Of a stretch of 31,106 nt of DNA, positions 23,370 to 30,805 are shown piece by piece (within the stretch, counting starts at the first letter, position 1; each line of letters begins with the position of its first letter). The notes beneath the pieces were generated by a model. It saw only the letters and a list, made by a program, of their open reading frames with translations. It did not search any database and was not told the origin of the DNA. The position numbers and the translations under genes are program-made. This stretch comes from a virus (Duplodnaviria; Caudoviricetes): the IMG/VR virus record IMGVR_UViG_3300044898_000026, positions 1 to 31,106 of that record; one strand, given 5' to 3'.

Positions 23370-24463
23370 ACGCCCACACCCCTCCCCCGCCGGTCGCACC
23401 AGGCCCGGCTCACGCCGTTTACGCCCCCTCTAGCGCGCACCGCTGGACCGTCTGCACCGCGAGCGCCGAGGCAATAGCCCGGTTGCCGCCACAAGAGGAA
23501 GGCGAGGCCGCAAAGGAAGGCACTGCAGCGCATGAGGAACTGGAACGCGTCCTAAAGGGCGGCGACCTGAATTTCGAACACCCCGCCATCTATGGCGTGG
23601 CGCTGTTCGCCGATTACGTCCGGCAGCTCCGCACCGCGACGCCCGGTCGCGAATGGATCGAAACGCGCGTGCGTCTCACCGATGAAATATGGGGCCGGTT
23701 GGACTTTGGCCACTGGCATGCCGAGTCCGCCGTCCTTACTGTCGCGGACAAGAAAAACGGTTTTGTCGACGTGTCGGTTGAAGAAAATGAGCAAATGCGC
23801 GTTTACGCCGCCTCGCTCATTCTGCAATTCAATATCCCGACCAAGTGGATCCGCTACGCAATTTGCCAGCCGAATTCCATCGTTCCGGGTCCGCGCCTGA
23901 AACAGTGGACCGAGAGTGTCGATAGCTTGCGGGCGTTTGCGGAGCGCGCCGCAGCCGTGCCGAGCGGGCCTAAGAAATTCGTGGCGGGAGAACACTGCCG
24001 CTATTGTCCGTTATTCGGCCGATGCGATGCGACGCGCGATTTGCTGCGTCACCTCGCCGTAATGCTGCAGCACACACCCGACGAAGTTTCCAATGACCAG
24101 GCTGCGGCGATCTATGCGGTGAAGCGTCCAATCGAGGACTGGTTTAAGAATTTCGACAAAACACTGACCAAGCGCGCACTGTCCGGCAATGTCCCGCCCG
24201 GAATGAAGGTGGTGACCACAAGCAAGCATAGGGCCTGGAAAGACCCCGCCGCGGCGCGCGCCATAGTCGTTGCGCAGTGTGGCGTTGACGCGCTCGACCC
24301 GCCGACGCCGGCACAGGCGGAGAAACTCGGCATTGCGGCGGACGTAGTGGCATCGTTGGCGGACCGGCCCGAGGGTGGCCCGGCGCTGGCATTCTCAAGT
24401 GACAAGAGGCCCGAGTTTGTGGTGCGGAGTGCGGCGGAAATGTTCAAAGGGGTGACGGGATGA
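23366..24463 (+). CDS. DUF2800 Cas4-like PD-(D/E)XK nuclease
   Basis: HAVYAPSSAHRW..C, EGTAAHE, WGRLD, DKKNG, NEQMRVYA, GEHCRYCP..C. ATGA overlap. Confidence 0.88.
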   Translation: MNAHTPPPPVAPGPAHAVYAPSSAHRWTVCTASAEAIARLPPQEEGEAAKEGTAAHEELERVLKGGDLNFEHPAIYGVALFADYVRQLRTATPGREWIETRVRLTDEIWGRLDFGHWHAESAVLTVADKKNGFVDVSVEENEQMRVYAASLILQFNIPTKWIRYAICQPNSIVPGPRLKQWTESVDSLRAFAERAAAVPSGPKKFVAGEHCRYCPLFGRCDATRDLLRHLAVMLQHTPDEVSNDQAAAIYAVKRPIEDWFKNFDKTLTKRALSGNVPPGMKVVTTSKHRAWKDPAAARAIVVAQCGVDALDPPTPAQAEKLGIAADVVASLADRPEGGPALAFSSDKRPEFVVRSAAEMFKGVTG

Positions 24464-25020
24464 AACAGTACGCAGTACGGTATATGACGGCCAGTGCGCC
24501 GGGTCATACACAAACCTCCGCTAACGGACCGTATGATTACGGTCGAAACGCCATTGTCGAACGCAACGATTTATTCACGCGCGATTCAAACGTGACACAT
24601 TCTTGGGTGGAAACCACGAAAGATGGTCGCACGTTATCGCGTTACGGTGCGATAATCGAACGTGAAATCGGTCCGCTCAATACGCTTGCTCGCGACTGCC
24701 ACGCGGCCAATCAAACGTGGTGGCATCATCCCGCTACTGGCGAACGTCTCGACCGCAACAAAGGCGAACTGCTTATGCTGATCGTTTCCGAGGTGTCGGA
24801 AGCTATGGAAGGCGAGCGCAAGAATCTCATGGACGACAAACTGCCGCACCGGAAAATGGCGGAGGTCGAACTGGCCGACGCGCTTATCCGAATTTTCGAC
24901 TATGCCGGCGCTTATGGCTATGACCTAGACGCCGCCGTGGCGGAAAAACGGGCGTTCAACGCGCACCGCGCGGACCACAAACCCGAGGCGCGTTTGGCCG
25001 AAGGTGGCAAGAAGTGGTGA
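24460..25020 (+). CDS. MazG-like nucleotide pyrophosphohydrolase with N-terminal extension
   Basis: LMLIVSEVSEAMEGERK...EVELADALIRIFD...KRAFNAHR. Confidence 0.85.
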   Translation: MKQYAVRYMTASAPGHTQTSANGPYDYGRNAIVERNDLFTRDSNVTHSWVETTKDGRTLSRYGAIIEREIGPLNTLARDCHAANQTWWHHPATGERLDRNKGELLMLIVSEVSEAMEGERKNLMDDKLPHRKMAEVELADALIRIFDYAGAYGYDLDAAVAEKRAFNAHRADHKPEARLAEGGKKW

Positions 25021-25469
25021 ACAAAATGCGCGCATATCTATTCGACATAGACGGCACGCTCGCCGACTTGACGCACCGTCTGCACCACATCCAATCCACG
25101 CCCAAGAATTGGGACGCATTCTTTGCGGCGTGCCCCGACGACGCGCCAATCCCGCACATGATCGAATTGGTGCAAACGCTGCACGCGGCCGGTCGCGACG
25201 TGTTCTTTGTATCGGGCCGATCCGATCGTGTCCGCGCAGAAACGCTGGCGTGGCTCGATAAGAATATCGGCGGCGTTTACGACGACGAGCTGTACATGCG
25301 CCGCGATGGCGACCATCGGCCCGACAACCTGGTCAAAGCCGAAATGCTGGACCAAATTCGTGCGGAAGATTTCGAGCCGATCATGGCGTTTGATGATCGC
25401 GACCAGGTCGTCAAGATGTGGCGCGAAAAGGGCATACCTTGTGTGCAAGTCGCCGAAGGTGCCTTTTAG
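25014..25469 (+). CDS. HAD phosphatase (T4 PNKP 3'-phosphatase-domain-like)
   Basis: FDIDGTLAD, VSGR, MRRDGDHRPDNLVK, FDDRDQVVKMWR. Confidence 0.9.
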   Translation: MVNKMRAYLFDIDGTLADLTHRLHHIQSTPKNWDAFFAACPDDAPIPHMIELVQTLHAAGRDVFFVSGRSDRVRAETLAWLDKNIGGVYDDELYMRRDGDHRPDNLVKAEMLDQIRAEDFEPIMAFDDRDQVVKMWREKGIPCVQVAEGAF

Positions 25470-25475
25470 TAGCGG

Positions 25476-25504
25476 TTGACAAGTTGCCTGTTTGGTGACA
25501 GTCT
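25476..25504 (+). promoter_or_regulatory. Promoter of the TTGACA-N13-GTGACA class, upstream of SSB
   Basis: TTGACA agttgcctgtttg GTGACA gtct. Confidence 0.6.
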
Positions 25505-25557
25505 GCGCCCGCTAAGACAGCCAAGTAACGCTAAACACAGCAAAGGGAAGCTAAGTC

Positions 25558-26415
25558 ATGTCTGAGAAAAAGACGAAATACGCGCGCAGTATTCCGAACG
25601 TCAGTCCTGAGTGGCGCACCGCTTATCCGTTCGTGTTCGAACGGCGCCTCAAGCGCGCGGACGGAACGCCGATCAAAAATCCTTCTTACGAAATCGTGGT
25701 GCTGGCGCCGAAAACACACGCCGACCCGATGCAATGCGCCAACTACAAAATCCTTGCGGGACACTGTTACGATGCCGCGCGCAATCTGTGGCCCGGTTCG
25801 GTCGACGCGGCCGGACAGTGGGTTTGGCCGCAGGGTGCCCGGTGGCCAATTCTCGACGGCGACGTTCCGTACAAGCAGAAAGCGCCGTTGCCGGGTCAGC
25901 CCGCAAAGGTCGTCGACCCCAACGCCCATGCTTGGCGCAAGGGCCACTGGCAAGTCGAGGCGTCCCATTTTCTGGAACCCGGCCCGCGCGTCGCCGTGCT
26001 GCAGAACAAGCAAGCGGTGCCAATTCCTTCCGCAGTTGTAGCGGGGCAGACGATGTACAAGTCCGGCGACTATGCCAACGTTTCGATTTACGGACTGGCA
26101 TACGAGCATGAGCAAGGCACGTTCGGCGTCAACATCTGTTTCGATGGCGTGATGTTCACGCGTCCCGGCGAAGCAATCGGGAACGGTGGCGGACCCAAGT
26201 CGGCCGACGCGATGTTCGGTGCGATTGCCACGATGGCACCACCGACTGCCGGAATGGCTCCCGTGGCCGCACCTCCGCCCGCAGCACCCGGCCCCGTCGC
26301 CTACGCACCACCCGCCCCGGCCGCCCCGGCCGCTTACGCACCACCGAGCCCGCCCCTTGCGCCAGCTCCCCCGGCGATGCCGCCCGGCCCGCCCCTGCCC
26401 GCGTTCCCGCGCTAG
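25558..26415 (+). CDS. DUF2815/gp2.5-like ssDNA-binding protein with Pro/Ala-rich tail
   Basis: AYPFVFE, PILDGD, YKSGDYANVSI...GVNICFDGVMFTRPGEAIG.GG. Canonical position before PolA. Confidence 0.85.
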   Translation: MSEKKTKYARSIPNVSPEWRTAYPFVFERRLKRADGTPIKNPSYEIVVLAPKTHADPMQCANYKILAGHCYDAARNLWPGSVDAAGQWVWPQGARWPILDGDVPYKQKAPLPGQPAKVVDPNAHAWRKGHWQVEASHFLEPGPRVAVLQNKQAVPIPSAVVAGQTMYKSGDYANVSIYGLAYEHEQGTFGVNICFDGVMFTRPGEAIGNGGGPKSADAMFGAIATMAPPTAGMAPVAAPPPAAPGPVAYAPPAPAAPAAYAPPSPPLAPAPPAMPPGPPLPAFPR

Positions 26416-26432
26416 CAGCGGGCGCGGACACA

Positions 26433-26580
26433 TGGTGCGGCGGCAAGCAACAGACCTGTAGCCGCCGCACCAATTAAATCAGCCGCATTAGGGAGGGCGC
26501 TGGAAACAGCGGCGCACGACCCTCGGGCGTGGCACGGGCGAAGTATGAAATTGAGGGAAGAACCGTGCCCTCTCTAATGC
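26433..26580 (+). ncRNA. Candidate structured RNA between SSB and the polymerase operon
   Basis: Perfect 12-bp hairpin 26433-26444/26461-26472. 11-bp stem 26485-26495/26570-26580 enclosing a CGCTG-GAAA-CAGCG tetraloop hairpin and stem 26531-26537/26563-26569. Confidence 0.55.
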
Positions 26581-26602
26581 TGCGAACATAGCGAGGCGAC
26601 CC

Positions 26603-26794
26603 ATGCGACGCACCAAGACGGTCACGGCGAGTTTCGAATATGGCGACGTGGAAATCGCCATCCGCGTCAACACGCGCGACTTGACCAAGGGCGAAGCGAA
26701 CCGGCTTATATCGGCACTGGCCAGCGATGCCATGTGCTCGATACCGGCCGCGCCATTCGTCCACGCGGCGTTATCCGACGTGCGGGTTTGGTAA
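26603..26794 (+). CDS. Hypothetical protein (63 aa)
   Basis: GAGG SD. Ends 3 nt before the polymerase start. Confidence 0.65.
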   Translation: MRRTKTVTASFEYGDVEIAIRVNTRDLTKGEANRLISALASDAMCSIPAAPFVHAALSDVRVW

Positions 26795-26797
26795 TTC

Positions 26798-28879
26798 GTG
26801 CGCGTAATCGTGGACACGGAAACGCGCTCCGAGGTCGACCTTTCCGATCGTGGATTGGACATATACAAAAATCATCCGTCGACCGAAGTTACATGCGCGA
26901 CGGTCGCTACCGACAATTTCATTTGCACCACGTCTTTTATTCCGTCCAGCGACGGCCGCGACGCGCTCCACGCCGAAATGGCCGCGCTCGGGCTTAACGC
27001 TGTCGCGCCGGAAGTCGTAATCGCCATTCTGCGCGCCGCGACGCGCCTGGTCGCGAGCAATGCGCCGTTCGATCAAGCCGTAACAAGCGCGTGCCTTCGC
27101 GTCGATATTCCAAAAGAAAAATGGAGCTGCACGGCCGCGCGCGCCCGGCGCCATGGCCTGCCCGGATCCGTAGAAAACGGCGCCAAGGTGCTCGGGCTGC
27201 CGGAAGGCAAAGACAAGGAAGGCAACAAACTTAGCCGGCAGCTCTGGAAGCCGCGCCCCACTTGGACAAAATGGCAGCGTATGTCACTTGCCGAGCGCGC
27301 CAACGGAAAGCGCAAAGACGGCGGCGAAAAGTGGTTTGAGGACGCAAAAAAAGTTGCGCGAAATTGCGCCTATAACGCGGCGGACGTGCGGGTGTCGCGC
27401 GAGATAGACAAACGCATTCCGGAATTAGAGCCCGAGGAATACGAGATATTTTTGCACGTCTGGAAAATGAACGAAACCGGAATCCCGGTCGATACGGATT
27501 TGATCCACGGTGCGGTCACGATGGCGGAGGAAAGCCGCCGGAACGTTACCGATCGCATTCGCGCCTATACTGGCGGCATGATCCAAAGCCTGCAGGCGCC
27601 GGGCCAGCTTGTCGCGTGGGCGGAGCGCTACGGCTACCACGCGCCATCATGGACGAAAGACACGGTGCCGGAAATCATCGCCGACCCGAAATGTCCCGAA
27701 GCGGTGCGCGTCGTCGCGCAAGCGCGGCAAGAGGCTGGCAAGGGGTCAGTAGCCAAGTACGAGACGGCGTCCGAATGTGTGAGCCCGAACGGCCGACTGC
27801 ACTATCAAATCGAATATGCCGGCACCTCGACGCTACGCAACGCGGGCCGTTTGTGGCAGCCGCTAAATCTGTTCCGGCCTAAGCTGGCGGCGGACAAGTC
27901 GGCCGGACTCGCCGCGATAAAGGCGGGTCGTGCGTTGACCATTCCCGAGTGGAAAATTCGTTATGAGCCGGACCGCGCCTTGGCGGCGATACGTTCGGGC
28001 GACTTGGCGCTACTTAGGAGCATGGGCGACCCCGAGGAAATTTTGGCGGACCATATCCGCTCGACCATTTGCGCGCCCGTGGGGAAAAAGATCGTGTCGC
28101 CCGACCTTAGCGCGATTGAAGCGCGCGGCGTGTTCTGGATTTCGGATTGCGAGTCGGCACTCGCCGCTTACCGACGTAATGAAGATTTGTATTGCAACGT
28201 CGCAAGTCAAATTCTTGGCTACCTGGTCAATAAGACAGACCACCCCGAGGCGCGCCAGAACTACGGCAAGGTGCCTGTGTTGAGTTGTGGATACGGTGCG
28301 GGCGTTACAACTGTCGCGCTCAAAAATAAAATCGACGAGGACACGGCGTCAAAGGCGGTTTACGGATATCGCGACCTGTTCCCCGAGGTGAAGCGCAACG
28401 GCTGGACGCCGCTAGAGAACGCCGCGATAGACGCGGTGCGCAATCCCGGCCACACGTTCACAGCGTGTCGCGATCGCGTGCACTTTGTATTCGAAGGTGG
28501 ATGGCTGCGTATGCGACGTCCGTCCGGTACATGGATGTATATGCCGGACGCTGGAGTCGACTACGAGGGCCGATTATTTTACCACTTCCAGCACCCACGC
28601 TTCGGCTGGACCGAGGAATCTATGTGGGGTGGGGTGTTGATGAATTTCGTTATCCAGGGCGCCATGCGCGAATTGATGTTCGCGGCCGAAATGCAGATAG
28701 CGCGGGACAGCCGGTATGAACTGGTGCTGCAATGCTACGATTCGCTAACGGCGCTCGTGGACGAACAAGAGGCGGATGCGCTTTGCCAAAACATGATTCG
28801 CATAATGACCACCCCGCCCCCGTGGGCTCCCGACTTCCCGCTCGCGGCGGAAGGCCGGCCAAAGGATAGGTATAGTTAG
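26798..28879 (+). CDS. Family A DNA polymerase with 3'-5' exonuclease
   Basis: ExoI DTET, ExoII NAPFD, ExoIII YNAAD. Motif A DLSAIEAR, motif B RQNYGKVPVLSCGYG, motif C LQCYDSL. Confidence 0.93.
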   Translation: MRVIVDTETRSEVDLSDRGLDIYKNHPSTEVTCATVATDNFICTTSFIPSSDGRDALHAEMAALGLNAVAPEVVIAILRAATRLVASNAPFDQAVTSACLRVDIPKEKWSCTAARARRHGLPGSVENGAKVLGLPEGKDKEGNKLSRQLWKPRPTWTKWQRMSLAERANGKRKDGGEKWFEDAKKVARNCAYNAADVRVSREIDKRIPELEPEEYEIFLHVWKMNETGIPVDTDLIHGAVTMAEESRRNVTDRIRAYTGGMIQSLQAPGQLVAWAERYGYHAPSWTKDTVPEIIADPKCPEAVRVVAQARQEAGKGSVAKYETASECVSPNGRLHYQIEYAGTSTLRNAGRLWQPLNLFRPKLAADKSAGLAAIKAGRALTIPEWKIRYEPDRALAAIRSGDLALLRSMGDPEEILADHIRSTICAPVGKKIVSPDLSAIEARGVFWISDCESALAAYRRNEDLYCNVASQILGYLVNKTDHPEARQNYGKVPVLSCGYGAGVTTVALKNKIDEDTASKAVYGYRDLFPEVKRNGWTPLENAAIDAVRNPGHTFTACRDRVHFVFEGGWLRMRRPSGTWMYMPDAGVDYEGRLFYHFQHPRFGWTEESMWGGVLMNFVIQGAMRELMFAAEMQIARDSRYELVLQCYDSLTALVDEQEADALCQNMIRIMTTPPPWAPDFPLAAEGRPKDRYS

Positions 28880-28880
28880 A

Positions 28881-29609
28881 ATGGCGCGCATTCCGAACAC
28901 GCGCCCCACTGTCATCTATTGGCTGATAGATGTGCGCCCGGAAATACTGAGAGAAGCGCCTAGCGGCATACCGTTTTATTGTGGCAAAACGATCCTCCGT
29001 CCCAAGGATAGATTTCAAAAACACACAAGCGACGCAAACAAATATCCCGCGAAGGCGATATCCGTTCGACTCAACAAATGCGGCAATCATATTCGAGTCC
29101 AAATTATGGAAACAGTATCGCCCTCCGACGATTGGGCTGCGCGAGAAAAATTCTGGATACGCATGCTGCGATTAGCTTCGAACGACGCAGTAAACATCAC
29201 TGCCGGTGGTCAAGGAGTGCCCGGATATATTCCTTCGGCCGAAACCCGCGCAAAACGTTCGGTAGCACTGAAAGGCCGCGTATTTACTGCGGAACATCGT
29301 GCCAATATTGGCAAAGCCAGCGCAAATCGATCCGCAGAGACGCGCGCCAAGATGAGCGCGTGGCAAGTGGGTAAAAAGTTATCTGCCGAACATCGCGCAA
29401 AAGTCAGCGCGGCAGGCAAAGGACGGAAACTATCCGACGAAACGCGCGCTAGAATGAGCGCGACAACTCGAAATCGTGATCCAGAAAAGCGTGCGCGGGC
29501 TGGTGCAAAGTTAAAAGGGCGCGTGTTCTCCGCAGAGACGATTGCCAGAATGAGTGCGGCACAGAGCCGACGATACCAAAGATTGAGAGACGCCAATGTC
29601 TGTACCTAA
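28881..29609 (+). mobile_element. Free-standing GIY-YIG homing endonuclease with NUMOD3 repeats
   Basis: VIYWL...FYCGKT..RF..H...REKFWI...NITAGG. Repeated SAETRAKMS / KGRVF(S/T)AE units. More AT-rich than its neighbours. Confidence 0.85.
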
Positions 29610-29997
29610 CGAGTGGGCGATTCAAAGGGCGCTGTGGATATGGTTCGCCGGCAAACGCTACCCTAAGCGCCATCTGCGCGCCGGGGAGTGGCAAATTGTC
29701 CCCGCCGCCTTACCCGACGTGATCGGCTGGCACACGCCGAACGGCGGCGCGCGTAGCGCGGTAGAGGGGGCGCGATTCCAAGAGATAGGCGTCGTGCCGG
29801 GCATATTCGATTTGACCTTCCTCCGCGCCAGTCGCTTCTACATTCTGGAACTGAAAGACGAAACTGGCCGTCTTAGCCCCGCGCAATTGACCATGTGGGC
29901 GCGCTACGAGGCGGCGGGTGCGGCCGGCATCGCATGGGCGAATTCGCTGGAAGGCGCGAAAACACAGATACGGACGTGGGGCTTAGTTGTCTGTTGA
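29596..29997 (+). CDS. VRR-NUC domain nuclease (Holliday junction resolvase-like)
   Basis: EWAIQ, HTPNGG.R, GVVPGIFDL, LELK...GRLSPAQ. Confidence 0.9.
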   Translation: MSVPNEWAIQRALWIWFAGKRYPKRHLRAGEWQIVPAALPDVIGWHTPNGGARSAVEGARFQEIGVVPGIFDLTFLRASRFYILELKDETGRLSPAQLTMWARYEAAGAAGIAWANSLEGAKTQIRTWGLVVC

Positions 29998-30022
29998 CAG
30001 TATGCACGGCGCGGGATAGTCT
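29994..30022 (+). promoter_or_regulatory. sigma70-type promoter
   Basis: TTGACA gtatgc..., 17 nt, TAGTCT. ATG follows 7 nt later. Confidence 0.7.
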
Positions 30023-30029
30023 GCCAACC

Positions 30030-30458
30030 ATGAACACGCACCCTTTAGCACGGGAAAACGCCCGCCTTCGGAACCAACTGGAGGACGCACAGGCGACGAT
30101 TCGGGACCTGACTATGGACGGCCGGGACGACGCGTTGTCGCTGATCGGCGTCGCAGGATTGACGGTCAGTCAAGCGAAGATGGCGGCGGCGATTGCGCGA
30201 TACGGTCGTATCACTCGCGACGCACTGCACGTGCTTTTCTATTCAATGCGCGTCGGTGACGAAACGCCTGACCCGAAAATCTTCAATTCTTTGTTCTACA
30301 GCATTTGTAAAAAACTCAAGCCCCACGGAATCGAATTCGGAAAACTTTACGGCGTCGGCTACGAAATGACGCCAGACAACGTCGCGCGCCTCCGCGCGCT
30401 GGCGATCCCCCGCGTCGACTCGCCCCCTCTCGCCGCGATTGATCAGGTGGCGGCATGA
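30030..30458 (+). CDS. OmpR/PhoB-type (CtrA-like) winged-helix protein without receiver domain
   Basis: N-terminal coiled coil, then LTVSQ...ITRDAL...PDPKIFNSLFYSICKKLKPHGIEFGKLYGVGYEM. Confidence 0.75.
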   Translation: MNTHPLARENARLRNQLEDAQATIRDLTMDGRDDALSLIGVAGLTVSQAKMAAAIARYGRITRDALHVLFYSMRVGDETPDPKIFNSLFYSICKKLKPHGIEFGKLYGVGYEMTPDNVARLRALAIPRVDSPPLAAIDQVAA

Positions 30459-30805
30459 CGCGCCTCGTCGCCTTGTTGCTCGCCGCGACGTTGTCCACGT
30501 GTCACGGCGTGCCCGTATACGCCAGCGGCATGCGCGCCTCTTGGTACGACTGCCGCACGCCGGGCCAGTGCAGCCGTAGCAAAGTGACGGCGTCCGGTGA
30601 GTACTTCTTACCAAATGGGCTGACGGCGGCGCATCGCACGTTGCCGTTCGGTACGCGCCTGCGTGTGTGCCTCATTAAATGCGTGGTGGTGCGGATCACG
30701 GATCGCGGCCCATTCATCAAGGGGCGGCAACTGGACCTTAGCGCAGGGGCGGCTCGTGTCGTGGGGCTGCGCGGAGTGGCGGTAGTTCGGGCGGACGTGC
30801 TGTGA
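30455..30805 (+). CDS. RlpA-like double-psi beta-barrel (lytic transglycosylase family) with signal peptide
   Basis: ASWY, TASGE, LTAAHRTLPFGT, VRITDRGPF, LDLS..AA. Confidence 0.9.
   Translation: MTRLVALLLAATLSTCHGVPVYASGMRASWYDCRTPGQCSRSKVTASGEYFLPNGLTAAHRTLPFGTRLRVCLIKCVVVRITDRGPFIKGRQLDLSAGAARVVGLRGVAVVRADVL

Noticed and set aside
23366-24463. CRISPR-associated Cas4
   Set aside because: The context is the standard DUF2800-SSB-PolA-VRR-NUC replication module, with no cas1/cas2 or array.
13040-28879. 2-aminoadenine (Z-genome) pathway suggested by HD hydrolase + MazG + PolA
   Set aside because: No PurZ/PurA-like gene in the window, the genes are not clustered, and all three families are common in ordinary phages. 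Cannot be excluded for the rest of the genome.
28860-29620. Group I intron or intein in the polymerase
   Set aside because: The polymerase is complete through motif C and its C-terminus before the endonuclease starts, and there is no room for an intron core.
4038-30458. Many proteins ending in -AA/-VA as a ClpXP degron system
   Set aside because: Mostly explained by GAGGCGGC/GGTGGCGGC-(A/G)TGA coupling, where the next RBS encodes E/V-A-A. Only the helicase (GEAA, not coupled) is unexplained.
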